Below, piece after piece: positions 1-10,233 of a stretch of DNA of 64,000 nt (the first letter of the stretch is position 1; every line of letters begins with the position of its first letter). The notes beneath the pieces are model-generated. The model had not been told where the DNA came from and searched no databases. It was given only the letters and a program-made list of their open reading frames with translations. The position numbers and the translations under genes are program-made. The stretch lies in the NCBI RefSeq assembly GCF_965219775.1, contig NZ_OZ244793.1, positions 2,039,634-2,103,633 of the forward strand, written 5' to 3'. Origin of the DNA: Candidatus Poriferisocius sp. (GTDB lineage Bacteria; Actinomycetota; Acidimicrobiia; Acidimicrobiales; Bin134).

Positions 1-2
1 GG

Positions 3-173
3 TTGGACGACGACCCCGGCGTGGCCCCGGTGACCCATGACGAGGTGTTCGAGTTCTTCGCCCAAAACCTGGACCGAATGCGAGCCCTGCTGTTCGGGGC
101 CATCCGAGCGGTGGGCGACAACGTGCCCGACTGCTCCGACCGCACCAACGGCATCGCCCCGCCGCTCCCCTGA
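3..173 (+). CDS. 3' end of an unidentified protein-coding gene (partial, starts before the window)
   Basis: The frame is open from the window edge to TGA at 171-173, with strong G/C third-position bias (LDDDPGVAPVTHDEVFEFFAQNLDRMRALLFG...). No family recognised. Confidence 0.4.
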   Translation: MDDDPGVAPVTHDEVFEFFAQNLDRMRALLFGAIRAVGDNVPDCSDRTNGIAPPLP

Positions 174-244
174 CCCCTTCCCCTGGCCGGCATCGGCGGC
201 TACGCTGAGCCCGCTTCCCCCACCGCACCCACCACGGTTGAATC

Positions 245-904
245 ATGCAGCCACGCCGAACGGCGGACAACGGGGACGAGACGGCCAACCAGCCCCTCAC
301 CTGGCGGGGATCCCTGCTCAGCCGACTGCCGGGCGGGCGGCGCAGCTACTGGATGGTGGTGGCCGCCGCCGCGGCCGTCACCGGACTGGCCGTGGCCATC
401 GTGGCCGGACTGGCCGGGGGCGGGCCGTCGCTGGGACCACTGGTGCCCGTGGTGGTGGCCACCCGGCCCATCACCGCAGGCGAGCCGCTGGGACCGGACA
501 ACACCGAGGCCCGTCGCTACCCCGCCCAAACCCTGCCCCTCGACGCCATTGCCGCTCTGGGGGGCGACGAGGTGGCGTCAGCCGCCCTCTACCGCGGCGA
601 CGTGGTGACCATTCCCCGTTTGGGTGGGTTGCCCATCGGGGACCGCACCGAGGTGGCCGTTCCCGCCCACGCCGCCCTGCCACCGCTGGCACCGGGCGAC
701 CGGGTGGACGTGCTGGTCACCCTGCCGATCACCGAGGCCGACGGCACCCGGACCCAGGTCACCCTCACCGTGGCCCGTACCGCGGTGGTCACCGACAGCG
801 CCGACCACGCCGTGACCATTGCCGTGACCGAGGACGAACTGCTCCCGGTGGCCTCCGCCGCCGTGCAGGGATCGATCACCCTGGCCCTGGTGCCGCCGGG
901 GTGA
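245..904 (+). CDS. SAF-domain protein, CpaB/RcpC-like (Flp pilus assembly-type)
   Basis: 219 aa. It has an N-terminal TM helix (YWMVVAAAAAVTGLAVAIVAGLAG), then a SAF-like segment (VVVATRPITAGEPLGPDN) and a beta-rich C-terminus typical of CpaB. Confidence 0.55.
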   Translation: MQPRRTADNGDETANQPLTWRGSLLSRLPGGRRSYWMVVAAAAAVTGLAVAIVAGLAGGGPSLGPLVPVVVATRPITAGEPLGPDNTEARRYPAQTLPLDAIAALGGDEVASAALYRGDVVTIPRLGGLPIGDRTEVAVPAHAALPPLAPGDRVDVLVTLPITEADGTRTQVTLTVARTAVVTDSADHAVTIAVTEDELLPVASAAVQGSITLALVPPG

Positions 905-976
905 GGGACTGACACCCATGACAAGCTTCGAGCGGGAAGCAGGCTCGCAACGGCCGTCGGGGTGACCGTCGGGCCC

Positions 977-1816
977 TCAGCGCACCGAGGCGGCGATCAG
1001 GGTGAGCACTGTGGCCGCCACCATCACCCGATACAGGGCGAAGGGGCCGAAGCTGTGACGGCGAACCAAGGCCAGCAACCCCTTGACGGTGGCGAACCCG
1101 GTGACCGCCGAGGCCACCGTGCCCCACAAGAACCCGGCGCGGGCATCGGCGGGAATGCCCGCCCACCCGCCGATGTCGATAAACGAGTAGAGGCCCGCCC
1201 CGGCGATCACCGGCAGGCTCATCAGCATGGCCAGCCGGGTGGCGGCCTCCCGGTCGAACCCCCGCAGTCGCCCGGCGGTCATGATCACCCCGGAGCGCGA
1301 CACCCCCGGCTGCAGCGAGCACGCCTGGGCCAGCCCCAACGCCAGCGCGTCGCCCACCCCGAAGCCGCCCATCTCCCGCCCACCCTCACGGCGGCGGTCG
1401 GCCCACCACAGCAGCACCCCGAAGCCGGCCAGCATGACGGCGGTGAGCCACACGTGGTCGTCGGCCTCGTCGATGACCGATCCCAAGCCCACCCCCACCA
1501 CCCCGGCGGGCACGGTGGCCAACACCAGGAGCCAACCCAGCCGGGCCTCGATGCTCAGGGGGCGATGTCGCCGGGCCGTGGCGCCCACCCCCTCGCGCAG
1601 CAACGCCACCACCTCGCGGCGCAGGCAGGCGGCCAGCCCCAGCAACGTCCCCAGATGGAGGGCCACGTCGAAGGCCCGCTTGAGGTCGTCTCGGCCCTCG
1701 AAGTCGTCCCAACCGGCCAGCCACGGGATGATCTGCAGGTGACCGCTGGAGGACACCGGCAGGAACTCGGTCAGCCCCTGGGCAATGCCCAGCAAGATGG
1801 CATGCAGGACCGACAC
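977..1816 (-). CDS. uppP: undecaprenyl-diphosphate phosphatase
   Basis: 279 aa polytopic membrane protein. The N-terminus GLTEFLPVSSSGHLQI is the BacA/UppP signature. Confidence 0.9.
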   Translation of the reverse strand: MSVLHAILLGIAQGLTEFLPVSSSGHLQIIPWLAGWDDFEGRDDLKRAFDVALHLGTLLGLAACLRREVVALLREGVGATARRHRPLSIEARLGWLLVLATVPAGVVGVGLGSVIDEADDHVWLTAVMLAGFGVLLWWADRRREGGREMGGFGVGDALALGLAQACSLQPGVSRSGVIMTAGRLRGFDREAATRLAMLMSLPVIAGAGLYSFIDIGGWAGIPADARAGFLWGTVASAVTGFATVKGLLALVRRHSFGPFALYRVMVAATVLTLIAASVR

Positions 1817-1843
1817 GGCCCGGTACCTACCTGGGGCCCGCCG

Positions 1844-3190
1844 TCACGCCCCGGACATGGTGACTTCGGCCACCACCAGGGTGACGCCCGCCGAGCTCAT
1901 GGGCAGCCAGGTGAGGTCGGACCCCACCGCGGTCACGTCCAGCAGCATGCGCTGCAGGGTGGAGGCGATGGTGATCTCCCGGATGGGCTCGGCCAACTGG
2001 CCGTTGCGAATGCGCAGCCCCTCGGCCCCGGTGGAGAAGTCGCCGCTCACCGGGTTGACGCCGGAGTGCAGCCCCGACACCCCCTGGATCAGCACCCCGT
2101 TGTCGATGCCGGCAATGAGTTCCGCCGGTGTACGGTCGCCCGGTACCAGCGACAGGGCCTGGCAGCCCACGCCGGGGGTGCCTGCGTAGCTCCGCACCGC
2201 CGACCCGGTGGACGCCGACCCGGAACGCCGGCCGGTGTAGCTGTTGTGCAGGAACCGCTCGAGCGTGCCCCCGCCGATGAGCTGGTTGCGGCGGGTGGCC
2301 AAGCCCTCGCCGTCGGCGTCGGTGGCCGAGAAGGCGGCCGGGTTGGTGGGATCGTCCACCAGGGTGACCGCACTGGCCGCCACCTGGTCGTCCAGCCGGT
2401 CGGCGAACAACGAGCGGCCCTTGAGCACCGCCTCGCCCGACAGGGTGCCGCCGATGATGCTGAGGAACTGGGCGGTGACCATCGGATCGAGCACCACGGT
2501 GACACGCTCGGTCGGAGGCTGGGTGGCCCCCAACATGCGGGTGGCCCGGTCCACCGCGTCGGTGGCCGCCTCCTCCACGCTCAAGGAGGCGGGCTCGCGG
2601 CCCACCGAGAATCCGAAACCGGTTTGCGTCTCGTCGCTTTCCGAGGCCAAGGAGTAGGCGGTGAGGTAGCACGATGTGTCCCGCCCCGAACTGCGTATGC
2701 CGGTGGTGGTGGCGATGGCGTCGGCCCCCACCACGTCGCCGTAGTCGGCCGACTCCACCCCCACGATCCGGGAATCGCCCGCCCGCACCGCCCGTTCCAG
2801 TTCGAGGGCCAGGTCGATCTTGGCCTCGGTGCCGAACGCCAACAGCGACTCGTGGTAGAGGTCGAGTTCCGGGTGGGTAACCCCGTCGGGCTCGGCCAAC
2901 CCGAAGAACTCGTCGGGTGAGCCGAACCGGGCGTTGTCGCGGGCCTCGGCCAGGGTCTCCTCCAGCACGTCGGCATCCAGGGTGCCCGCGTGGGCGAAAC
3001 CCTGGCGACCGTCGGTGATGACCCGGATGCCCACCCCCTGCGACTCGGCCACCGAGAGCGATTCGATCTCCCCCTCGTAGACCCGCACGTCAGTTTCCCG
3101 GCTGTGGCCCACCACCGCTTCGATCTGCTCGCCAGGGCCACCCCAGCCCACGATCCGCTCGGCGATGGCCAGTAGCTCCTCGGGGTTCAC
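1844..3190 (-). CDS. pmbA: PmbA/TldE-family metalloprotease modulator
   Basis: 448 aa with TldD/PmbA family features (GVGIRVITDGRQGFAHAG; C-terminal GVNPVSGDFS). It lies immediately downstream of the tldD-like gene. Confidence 0.85.
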   Translation of the reverse strand: MNPEELLAIAERIVGWGGPGEQIEAVVGHSRETDVRVYEGEIESLSVAESQGVGIRVITDGRQGFAHAGTLDADVLEETLAEARDNARFGSPDEFFGLAEPDGVTHPELDLYHESLLAFGTEAKIDLALELERAVRAGDSRIVGVESADYGDVVGADAIATTTGIRSSGRDTSCYLTAYSLASESDETQTGFGFSVGREPASLSVEEAATDAVDRATRMLGATQPPTERVTVVLDPMVTAQFLSIIGGTLSGEAVLKGRSLFADRLDDQVAASAVTLVDDPTNPAAFSATDADGEGLATRRNQLIGGGTLERFLHNSYTGRRSGSASTGSAVRSYAGTPGVGCQALSLVPGDRTPAELIAGIDNGVLIQGVSGLHSGVNPVSGDFSTGAEGLRIRNGQLAEPIREITIASTLQRMLLDVTAVGSDLTWLPMSSAGVTLVVAEVTMSGA

Positions 3191-3212
3191 CGGCCTGGCC
3201 TGCCGCCGTCGC

Positions 3213-4607
<1,395 letters not shown>

Positions 4608-4639
4608 CGCCTCAGCGTACCGCCTCCCCTCCCCGTTGC

Positions 4640-6256
4640 TCACCCCAGGTTGGAGCGGCGGGGGTAGGCATGTTCGGGGTCGCAGATGACGTTCACCAGG
4701 TAGGGCACACCGGCGTCGAGGGCCCGCTGGAGGGCGGGGGCGATGTCGTCGGGCCGGTGCACCGTCTCCCCGGCACCGCCGAGGGCGGCCACCACTTGGT
4801 CGTAGCGGCAGCCCGGCTGGAGATCGGCGGCCACGTCGTAGCCGTAGATTTGGCGCATGGGGTGTTTCTCCAGGCCCCAACAGCCGTTGTTGCCCACCAC
4901 GATGGCCACCGGCAACCGGTGGCGCACCAGCGAGTCGGCGTCCATCAGGGAGAAGCCGGCCGCCCCGTCGCCCAACAGCAGCACCACCTGGCGGTCGGGG
5001 TGGACCACCCGGGCGGCCAGGGCGTAACCCAATCCGGTGCCCAAGCAGCCGTAGGGGCCGGGGTCCAGCCAGTGACCGGGCCGGTACGACGACACGAACC
5101 GCCCGGCGTAGGACACGAAGTCGCCGCCGTCACCGATGACCACCGCGTCGCGGTCCAGCACCCGGCGCAGCTCCCCGTACACCCGCGTGGGCAGGATCGG
5201 ATCGGCGGCGGCCAGCAGGACGGCTTCCTCGGACGCTCGGGCGTCCTCCTCGGCCTCCCGAAGCCGCGTCACCCACCGGTGGCGCTCTGCGGGGTCGGCC
5301 GGGGCGGGCCCGTTGGCCAGCGCCGACATCATCTTGGTCAGGTCGCCCGCCAGCGACGCCGCGGGCTGGGCATGGCCCGACACCGACTCGGCGCTGTCGG
5401 TGAGGTGCACCACCTGGGCGTCGCCGAACCGACCGAACGACAAGCGGAAGTCCAGCGGGGTGCCCGCCACGATCACCAGGTCGGCGTCGGTGCGCAACAG
5501 CCCCCGAGTGCGGCTGAAGAACAGCTCGTGGTCGGCGGGCAGACACCCCCGCCCCAGCCCGTTGGCGAACGTGGGCAGTCGCTGGGCCTCCACCCACCCG
5601 GTCAACGCCTCCCAGGCGCCGTCCCAGTACACGTCGGAGCCCACCATCACAGCCGGGCGGCGGGCGGCGGCCACCAGGGCGGCCACCTGCTCGATCCCCT
5701 CGGCGTCGGGGGCCGCGCCCCCCGGCAGGGGCTCGTCGGGCACTGTGCCCTCGCCCTCGGCGAACAGCACGTCCATGGGGTAGTCCACGAACACCGGCCC
5801 CCGGTGGGGGGTCATGGCCGCCTGCGCAGCCCGGTAGGTGACCTCGGCCAGGTCGTCGCCCCCGGCAGCGGTGAGCGACCGTTTGGTGACCGGGGCCAGG
5901 ATGGGCACGTGGTCCAGCTCCTGCAGCGAGCCCGATCCCCAGCGGGCCTCCGGCGCCCGCCCGCCCAACACCACCACCGGCGCCCCGTTGAGCCACGCGG
6001 TGGTGACCGCGCTCACCGAGTTGGTCACCCCCGGCCCGGCGGTCACCGCCGCCACCCCCGGCCGCCGGGTGAGCTTGGCCAGGGCCTCGGCGGCGAACAC
6101 CGCGGTCTGCTCGTGGCGGACGTCGTAGAGGGCGACGTCGCCCCGTTTCACCGCCGCGTCGTACAGCGGGAAGATGTGGCCCCCCGACAGGGTGAACAGC
6201 TCCTGCACACCGAAGGGCGCCAGGGCCGCCAGCACCTGATCGCCCCCGTGGCCCAT
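4640..6256 (-). CDS. thiamine-diphosphate-dependent enzyme (acetolactate synthase large subunit / oxalyl-CoA decarboxylase-like)
   Basis: The N-terminal TPP-pyrimidine domain (RHEQTAVFAAEALAKLTRRPGVAAVTAGPGVTN) and the C-terminal TPP motif (GDGAAGFSLMDADSLVRHRLPVAIVVGNNGCWG) are both present. The start was set at ATG 6256 (MGHGGDQVL). Confidence 0.8.
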   Translation of the reverse strand: MGHGGDQVLAALAPFGVQELFTLSGGHIFPLYDAAVKRGDVALYDVRHEQTAVFAAEALAKLTRRPGVAAVTAGPGVTNSVSAVTTAWLNGAPVVVLGGRAPEARWGSGSLQELDHVPILAPVTKRSLTAAGGDDLAEVTYRAAQAAMTPHRGPVFVDYPMDVLFAEGEGTVPDEPLPGGAAPDAEGIEQVAALVAAARRPAVMVGSDVYWDGAWEALTGWVEAQRLPTFANGLGRGCLPADHELFFSRTRGLLRTDADLVIVAGTPLDFRLSFGRFGDAQVVHLTDSAESVSGHAQPAASLAGDLTKMMSALANGPAPADPAERHRWVTRLREAEEDARASEEAVLLAAADPILPTRVYGELRRVLDRDAVVIGDGGDFVSYAGRFVSSYRPGHWLDPGPYGCLGTGLGYALAARVVHPDRQVVLLLGDGAAGFSLMDADSLVRHRLPVAIVVGNNGCWGLEKHPMRQIYGYDVAADLQPGCRYDQVVAALGGAGETVHRPDDIAPALQRALDAGVPYLVNVICDPEHAYPRRSNLG

Positions 6257-6326
6257 GACTTCTCTTGCCGGCATTCGCCTCACCGTAATATCCAACGGGC
6301 TGCGTCGGGACAATAGCCTTGGCCGG

Positions 6327-7394
6327 ATGACCCCGAGGCCGCCTCCGACTGCGACGCGTGCCCAGAACCAGGCCACCGCCGCCACCGGCGGCCTGGGAAC
6401 GACCGACAAGCACCCCGTACGCCGGATGCTCGGCGTGGTCATGCGGGTGGGCATCAGCGGGGTGCTGTTGGTGCTGTTGATCTGGCGGGCCCCGTCGTTC
6501 GACGCCGACGAAATGTGGCCCGACTTCAATTCGGCCACCCCCTTCTGGCTGGTGGCCGCGTTCGCCCTCACCGTGGCCGGCAACGTGGTGGCCACCGCCC
6601 GGTGGTACGAGGTGGCCTCGGCCCTGGGACTGCGGGTGAAGCCCCGGCGCTTGTTCTCCCACTACATGGCGGGAATGTTCATCTCCAATTTCGTCCCCAC
6701 CACGGTGGGGGGCGACGTGTTGCGCATGACCCGGCTGGCCAACGACACCGACGACGGCCCCCACAGCTTCGCCTCGGTGCTGCTGGAGCGGCTGAGCGGC
6801 TGGATCGTGCTGCCGGTGTTCACCTTGCTCGGGCTGGCCCTGGACGAGGAGCTGCGGGGGCTGGGCGCCCCCACCCGGGTGGCGGCCAGCACCGCCGGAC
6901 TCACGCTGCTGGCCTTGGTGCTGATCCTGATCCTGGTGGGCAACCAACGCTTCGGCCGATGGGTGAGCAAGCACAACGGTTGGGTCCGCTTCGTGAACGG
7001 GCTGCACACCGGCATCGACGAGCTGCGGGCCAAGCCCCGCGACGCCGGCCGGGTGCTGCTCACCGCCTTTGCCTACCAGGCGGTCATGCTGACCGCCGCC
7101 GGGTGCGCGGCCAAGGTGGTGGGCATCAACGGGCTGGGACCCACCGAGTTGATGGCCTTCATTCCGGCCATGCTCATCATCCAGGTGCTGCCCATCTCCC
7201 TGGGCGGGCTCGGACTCCGGGAAGGGGCCCTGGTGCTGTTCCTCCACGAGCTGGGGGTCATCGACGAACGGGCCATCGCCATGGGACTGCTGCTCTATTT
7301 CCTGACCGTGGCCGGCAGCCTGATGGGGCTGCCGACTTTGGTGTTCGGCGGCCGCCGATGGCAAAAGGCGGCGCGTTCCCGCCGGGCGCCCTGA
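6327..7394 (+). CDS. flippase-like / lysylphosphatidylglycerol-synthase TM-domain family membrane protein
   Basis: Polytopic membrane protein with the family-typical FISNFVPTTVGGDVLRMTRL segment. The start is uncertain (ATG 6327 or a later Met at MLGVVMRVG). Confidence 0.65.
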   Translation: MTPRPPPTATRAQNQATAATGGLGTTDKHPVRRMLGVVMRVGISGVLLVLLIWRAPSFDADEMWPDFNSATPFWLVAAFALTVAGNVVATARWYEVASALGLRVKPRRLFSHYMAGMFISNFVPTTVGGDVLRMTRLANDTDDGPHSFASVLLERLSGWIVLPVFTLLGLALDEELRGLGAPTRVAASTAGLTLLALVLILILVGNQRFGRWVSKHNGWVRFVNGLHTGIDELRAKPRDAGRVLLTAFAYQAVMLTAAGCAAKVVGINGLGPTELMAFIPAMLIIQVLPISLGGLGLREGALVLFLHELGVIDERAIAMGLLLYFLTVAGSLMGLPTLVFGGRRWQKAARSRRAP

Positions 7395-7419
7395 ACGACC
7401 CCACTAGCGCGCTCCCGCC

Positions 7420-8193
7420 TTGAGCACCGAGACCCGTCCATCCCGCCAGGGCCGACTGCGGCCCCGCTGGTACCTGGAGTTGGCGGTCATCGGGGCCTTC
7501 TACGGCATCTACTCCTGGGTGCGCAACCAGTTCGGGTCGGCGGCGGTGTCGCCGTCAGAGGCCCAGGCCAACGCCGAGCTGGTCATCGACTGGGAGCGCA
7601 GCATCGGGCTGTACTTCGAGCGCGACCTGCAGGATCTGTTCATCGGCTGGGTGTCGTTCATCCAGTTCTGGAACCTGTTCTACGGCCTCTTCCACTTTGC
7701 GGTCACCGCCATCACCCTCATCTGGCTCTACTACCGGTTTCCCCGGCACTACCCGTTCTGGCGCACCACCGGACTGTTGACCACCGGGTCGGCCCTGGTG
7801 GGCTTCGCCCTGTTCCCGCTGATGCCGCCCCGCCTGCTGTCCGTGGGAGGCACCTACGGCGGCGACCTGCCCGACACCGGCTACGTGGACACGGTGGCCG
7901 ACCTGGGCGGGCTGTGGTCGTTCACCTCGGGAGCGGCCGAGCAGCTCTCCAACCAGTACGCGGCCATGCCCAGCCTGCACTTCGCCTGGAGCCTGTGGTG
8001 CTTCCTGGCCCTGCGCAAGCACCTCACCAACCCGGTGGCCAAGTGGTCCCTGGCCGCCTACCCGTGGCTCACCCTGTTCGCCATCGTGGTGACGGCCAAC
8101 CACTACTGGATCGACGCCGTCGGGGGGCTCGGCGCGCTGGGGGTGGGCTGGGCCGCGGCCAAGGGCTACCACCGGCTGCGGGACCGCCGGTAG
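7420..8193 (+). CDS. PAP2-superfamily membrane phosphatase/phosphotransferase (PAP2_3-like)
   Basis: 257 aa with a TTG start and multiple TM helices. Acid-phosphatase C2/C3-like motifs are present (MPSLHFAWS ... ANHYWIDAVGG). Confidence 0.7.
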   Translation: MSTETRPSRQGRLRPRWYLELAVIGAFYGIYSWVRNQFGSAAVSPSEAQANAELVIDWERSIGLYFERDLQDLFIGWVSFIQFWNLFYGLFHFAVTAITLIWLYYRFPRHYPFWRTTGLLTTGSALVGFALFPLMPPRLLSVGGTYGGDLPDTGYVDTVADLGGLWSFTSGAAEQLSNQYAAMPSLHFAWSLWCFLALRKHLTNPVAKWSLAAYPWLTLFAIVVTANHYWIDAVGGLGALGVGWAAAKGYHRLRDRR

Positions 8194-8322
8194 GCTCATT
8201 TGCAGTCTCGAATCGACTCGTACCAGGTGGTGTGGCCGACGGCGCTCCGGGCGACCGCTCCGGGCTATCGCCCCGGTCGATTCCGCGGTTAGCCTGGATA
8301 CCCCCAAGCAATGGGAAGGGAC

Positions 8323-10170
8323 ATGGATACCAGTCTTCTTGAGAGAATCACCTGCCCCGCCGACCTTCGCCGTCTGGACGCCGACGAACTGGGCGAGCTG
8401 GCCGAGGAGATCCGCCAGTTCATCGTGGAGACGGTCCAGGCCACCGGTGGCCACCTGGGCTCCAACCTGGGTGTGGTGGAGTTGACCCTGGCCCTGCACC
8501 GGGTGTTCGACTCGCCCCGGGACATCATCCTGTGGGACACCGGCCACCAGGCGTACGTCCACAAGATGCTCACCGGGCGGACCGGGGACTTCAAGACGCT
8601 GCGCCAGCCGGGAGGGTTGTCGGGCTACCCCAGTCGGGAGGAGTCCCCCCACGACTGGATCGAGAACAGCCACGCCTCCACCGTGCTGGGCTACGCCCAC
8701 GGGCTGGCCACCGCCCAGCAGGCCTCGGGGGGCGACCAGCGACGGGTGATCGCGGTGGTGGGCGACGGCTCCCTCACCGGGGGGGTGGCCTTCGAGGGGC
8801 TGAACAACCTGGGGCACTCGGGCCGCAGCGTGACCATCGTGCTCAACGACAACGGTCGGTCCTACGCCCCCACCATCTCCCGATTGTCGGAAAGCCTCAT
8901 CCGGGTGCGCATGGATCCCCGCTACATCCGCACCGACAACCAGCTCCGCAAAGTGCTGAAGGACATTCCCTGGGTGGGCAACCTGGCCGGACGGGCCCTG
9001 GGGGCCACCAAGGCGGCGGTGCGGGAGATGTGGGAATCCCGCACGTTCTTCGACGAGCTGGGTATCCGCTACTTCGGGCCCTTCGACGGACACGACCTGG
9101 CCGAACTGGAACGGGTGTTCGGTCGGGTGGCCGGGCTGGACGGGCCCTGCCTGGTCCACGTGCTGACCCAGAAAGGCCGGGGCTACGCCCCCGCCGAGAA
9201 CGACCCGGTCAAGAACATGCACGACACCTCCTACGCCAAGCCGGGGAGCTACACCGAGGCGTTCACCGAGGCCCTGATCAAAGAAGCCGAGTCCCGCCCC
9301 GACCTGGTGGCCATCACCGCGGCCATGCCCGACTCCACCGGTCTTCTGCCCTTCTCCGAACGCTTCCCCGATCGGTGCATCGACGTGGGCATCGCCGAGC
9401 AGCACGCCGTCACCGCGGCGGCGGGCATGGCCATGGGCGGTCTGCGCCCGGTGGTGGCCATCTACTCCACCTTCTTGACCCGAGCCATGGATCAGGTGAA
9501 CCTGGACGTGGGCCTCCACGGCCAGCCGGTGGTGTTCTGTTTGGATCGGGCGGGCATCACCGGCGACGACGGCCCGTCCCACCACGGCGTGCTCGACATG
9601 GTGTTGCTCACCAAGGTTCCGGGCATGACCGTGCTGGCCCCGTCGTCCTACCAGGAACTCCAGCAGATGCTGCACGACGCCCTGGAGATCACCTCGGGGC
9701 CGGTGGCCCTGCGCTGGGCCAAAACGGCGGCGCCCTGGGTGTCCGAGGACCAGGTGGGCTACGGCCTGCGGGGCCGCAAGGTCCGAGAGGGTACCGAGGT
9801 GTGCCTGTTGGCCGTGGGCAAGATGCTGGCCCCCGCCGTGGAGGCGGCCGAGGCGCTGGAGGCCGAGGGCGTGTCGGCCACCGTGTGGGACGTGCGCTGC
9901 GTGAAGCCCCTCGACGAGGACATGCTGGCCGACGCCGCCGGCCACCGGGCGGTGGTCACCATCGAGGACGGTTGGCGCGAAGGCGGGGCGGGCAGCTCCG
10001 TCGCCGACCGGCTGGCCCATTCCGGTCGCGAGGGCCCGGTGCCCGCCATCCGGGTGCTGGGCGTGCCCAACCAGTACATCCCCCACGGCAAGCCCGACGA
10101 GATTCTGGCCGACTGCGGTCTCGACCCCACCGGCATCGCCACCGCCGCCCGCCAAGCCCTCGGGGATTGA
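8323..10170 (+). CDS. dxs: 1-deoxy-D-xylulose-5-phosphate synthase
   Basis: Family features are MDTSLLERITCPADLRRL..., GGHLGSNLGVVELTLALH, the TPP motif GDGSLTGGVAFEGLNN and a transketolase-like C-terminus. ATG 8323 is preceded by GGGAAGGGA; an in-frame ATG at 8311 is an alternative start. Confidence 0.95.
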   Translation: MDTSLLERITCPADLRRLDADELGELAEEIRQFIVETVQATGGHLGSNLGVVELTLALHRVFDSPRDIILWDTGHQAYVHKMLTGRTGDFKTLRQPGGLSGYPSREESPHDWIENSHASTVLGYAHGLATAQQASGGDQRRVIAVVGDGSLTGGVAFEGLNNLGHSGRSVTIVLNDNGRSYAPTISRLSESLIRVRMDPRYIRTDNQLRKVLKDIPWVGNLAGRALGATKAAVREMWESRTFFDELGIRYFGPFDGHDLAELERVFGRVAGLDGPCLVHVLTQKGRGYAPAENDPVKNMHDTSYAKPGSYTEAFTEALIKEAESRPDLVAITAAMPDSTGLLPFSERFPDRCIDVGIAEQHAVTAAAGMAMGGLRPVVAIYSTFLTRAMDQVNLDVGLHGQPVVFCLDRAGITGDDGPSHHGVLDMVLLTKVPGMTVLAPSSYQELQQMLHDALEITSGPVALRWAKTAAPWVSEDQVGYGLRGRKVREGTEVCLLAVGKMLAPAVEAAEALEAEGVSATVWDVRCVKPLDEDMLADAAGHRAVVTIEDGWREGGAGSSVADRLAHSGREGPVPAIRVLGVPNQYIPHGKPDEILADCGLDPTGIATAARQALGD

Positions 10171-10233
10171 CAACCGGCCCGCGGGCTCACCACGATGCTC
10201 CCACGAGTGCATGGGCCGCGGTGACGACTCCGG

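Noticed and set aside
962-2920. 652-aa forward ORF spanning the uppP/pmbA region
   Set aside because: It is antisense to two genes with clear family signatures. Its product is Gly/Arg/Pro/His-rich low-complexity sequence, typical of shadow ORFs in GC-rich DNA.
7555-10212. 885-aa reverse ORF opposite dxs and the PAP2 gene
   Set aside because: It is a shadow ORF of dxs with a His/Gly/Arg-rich product. dxs on the forward strand is unambiguous.
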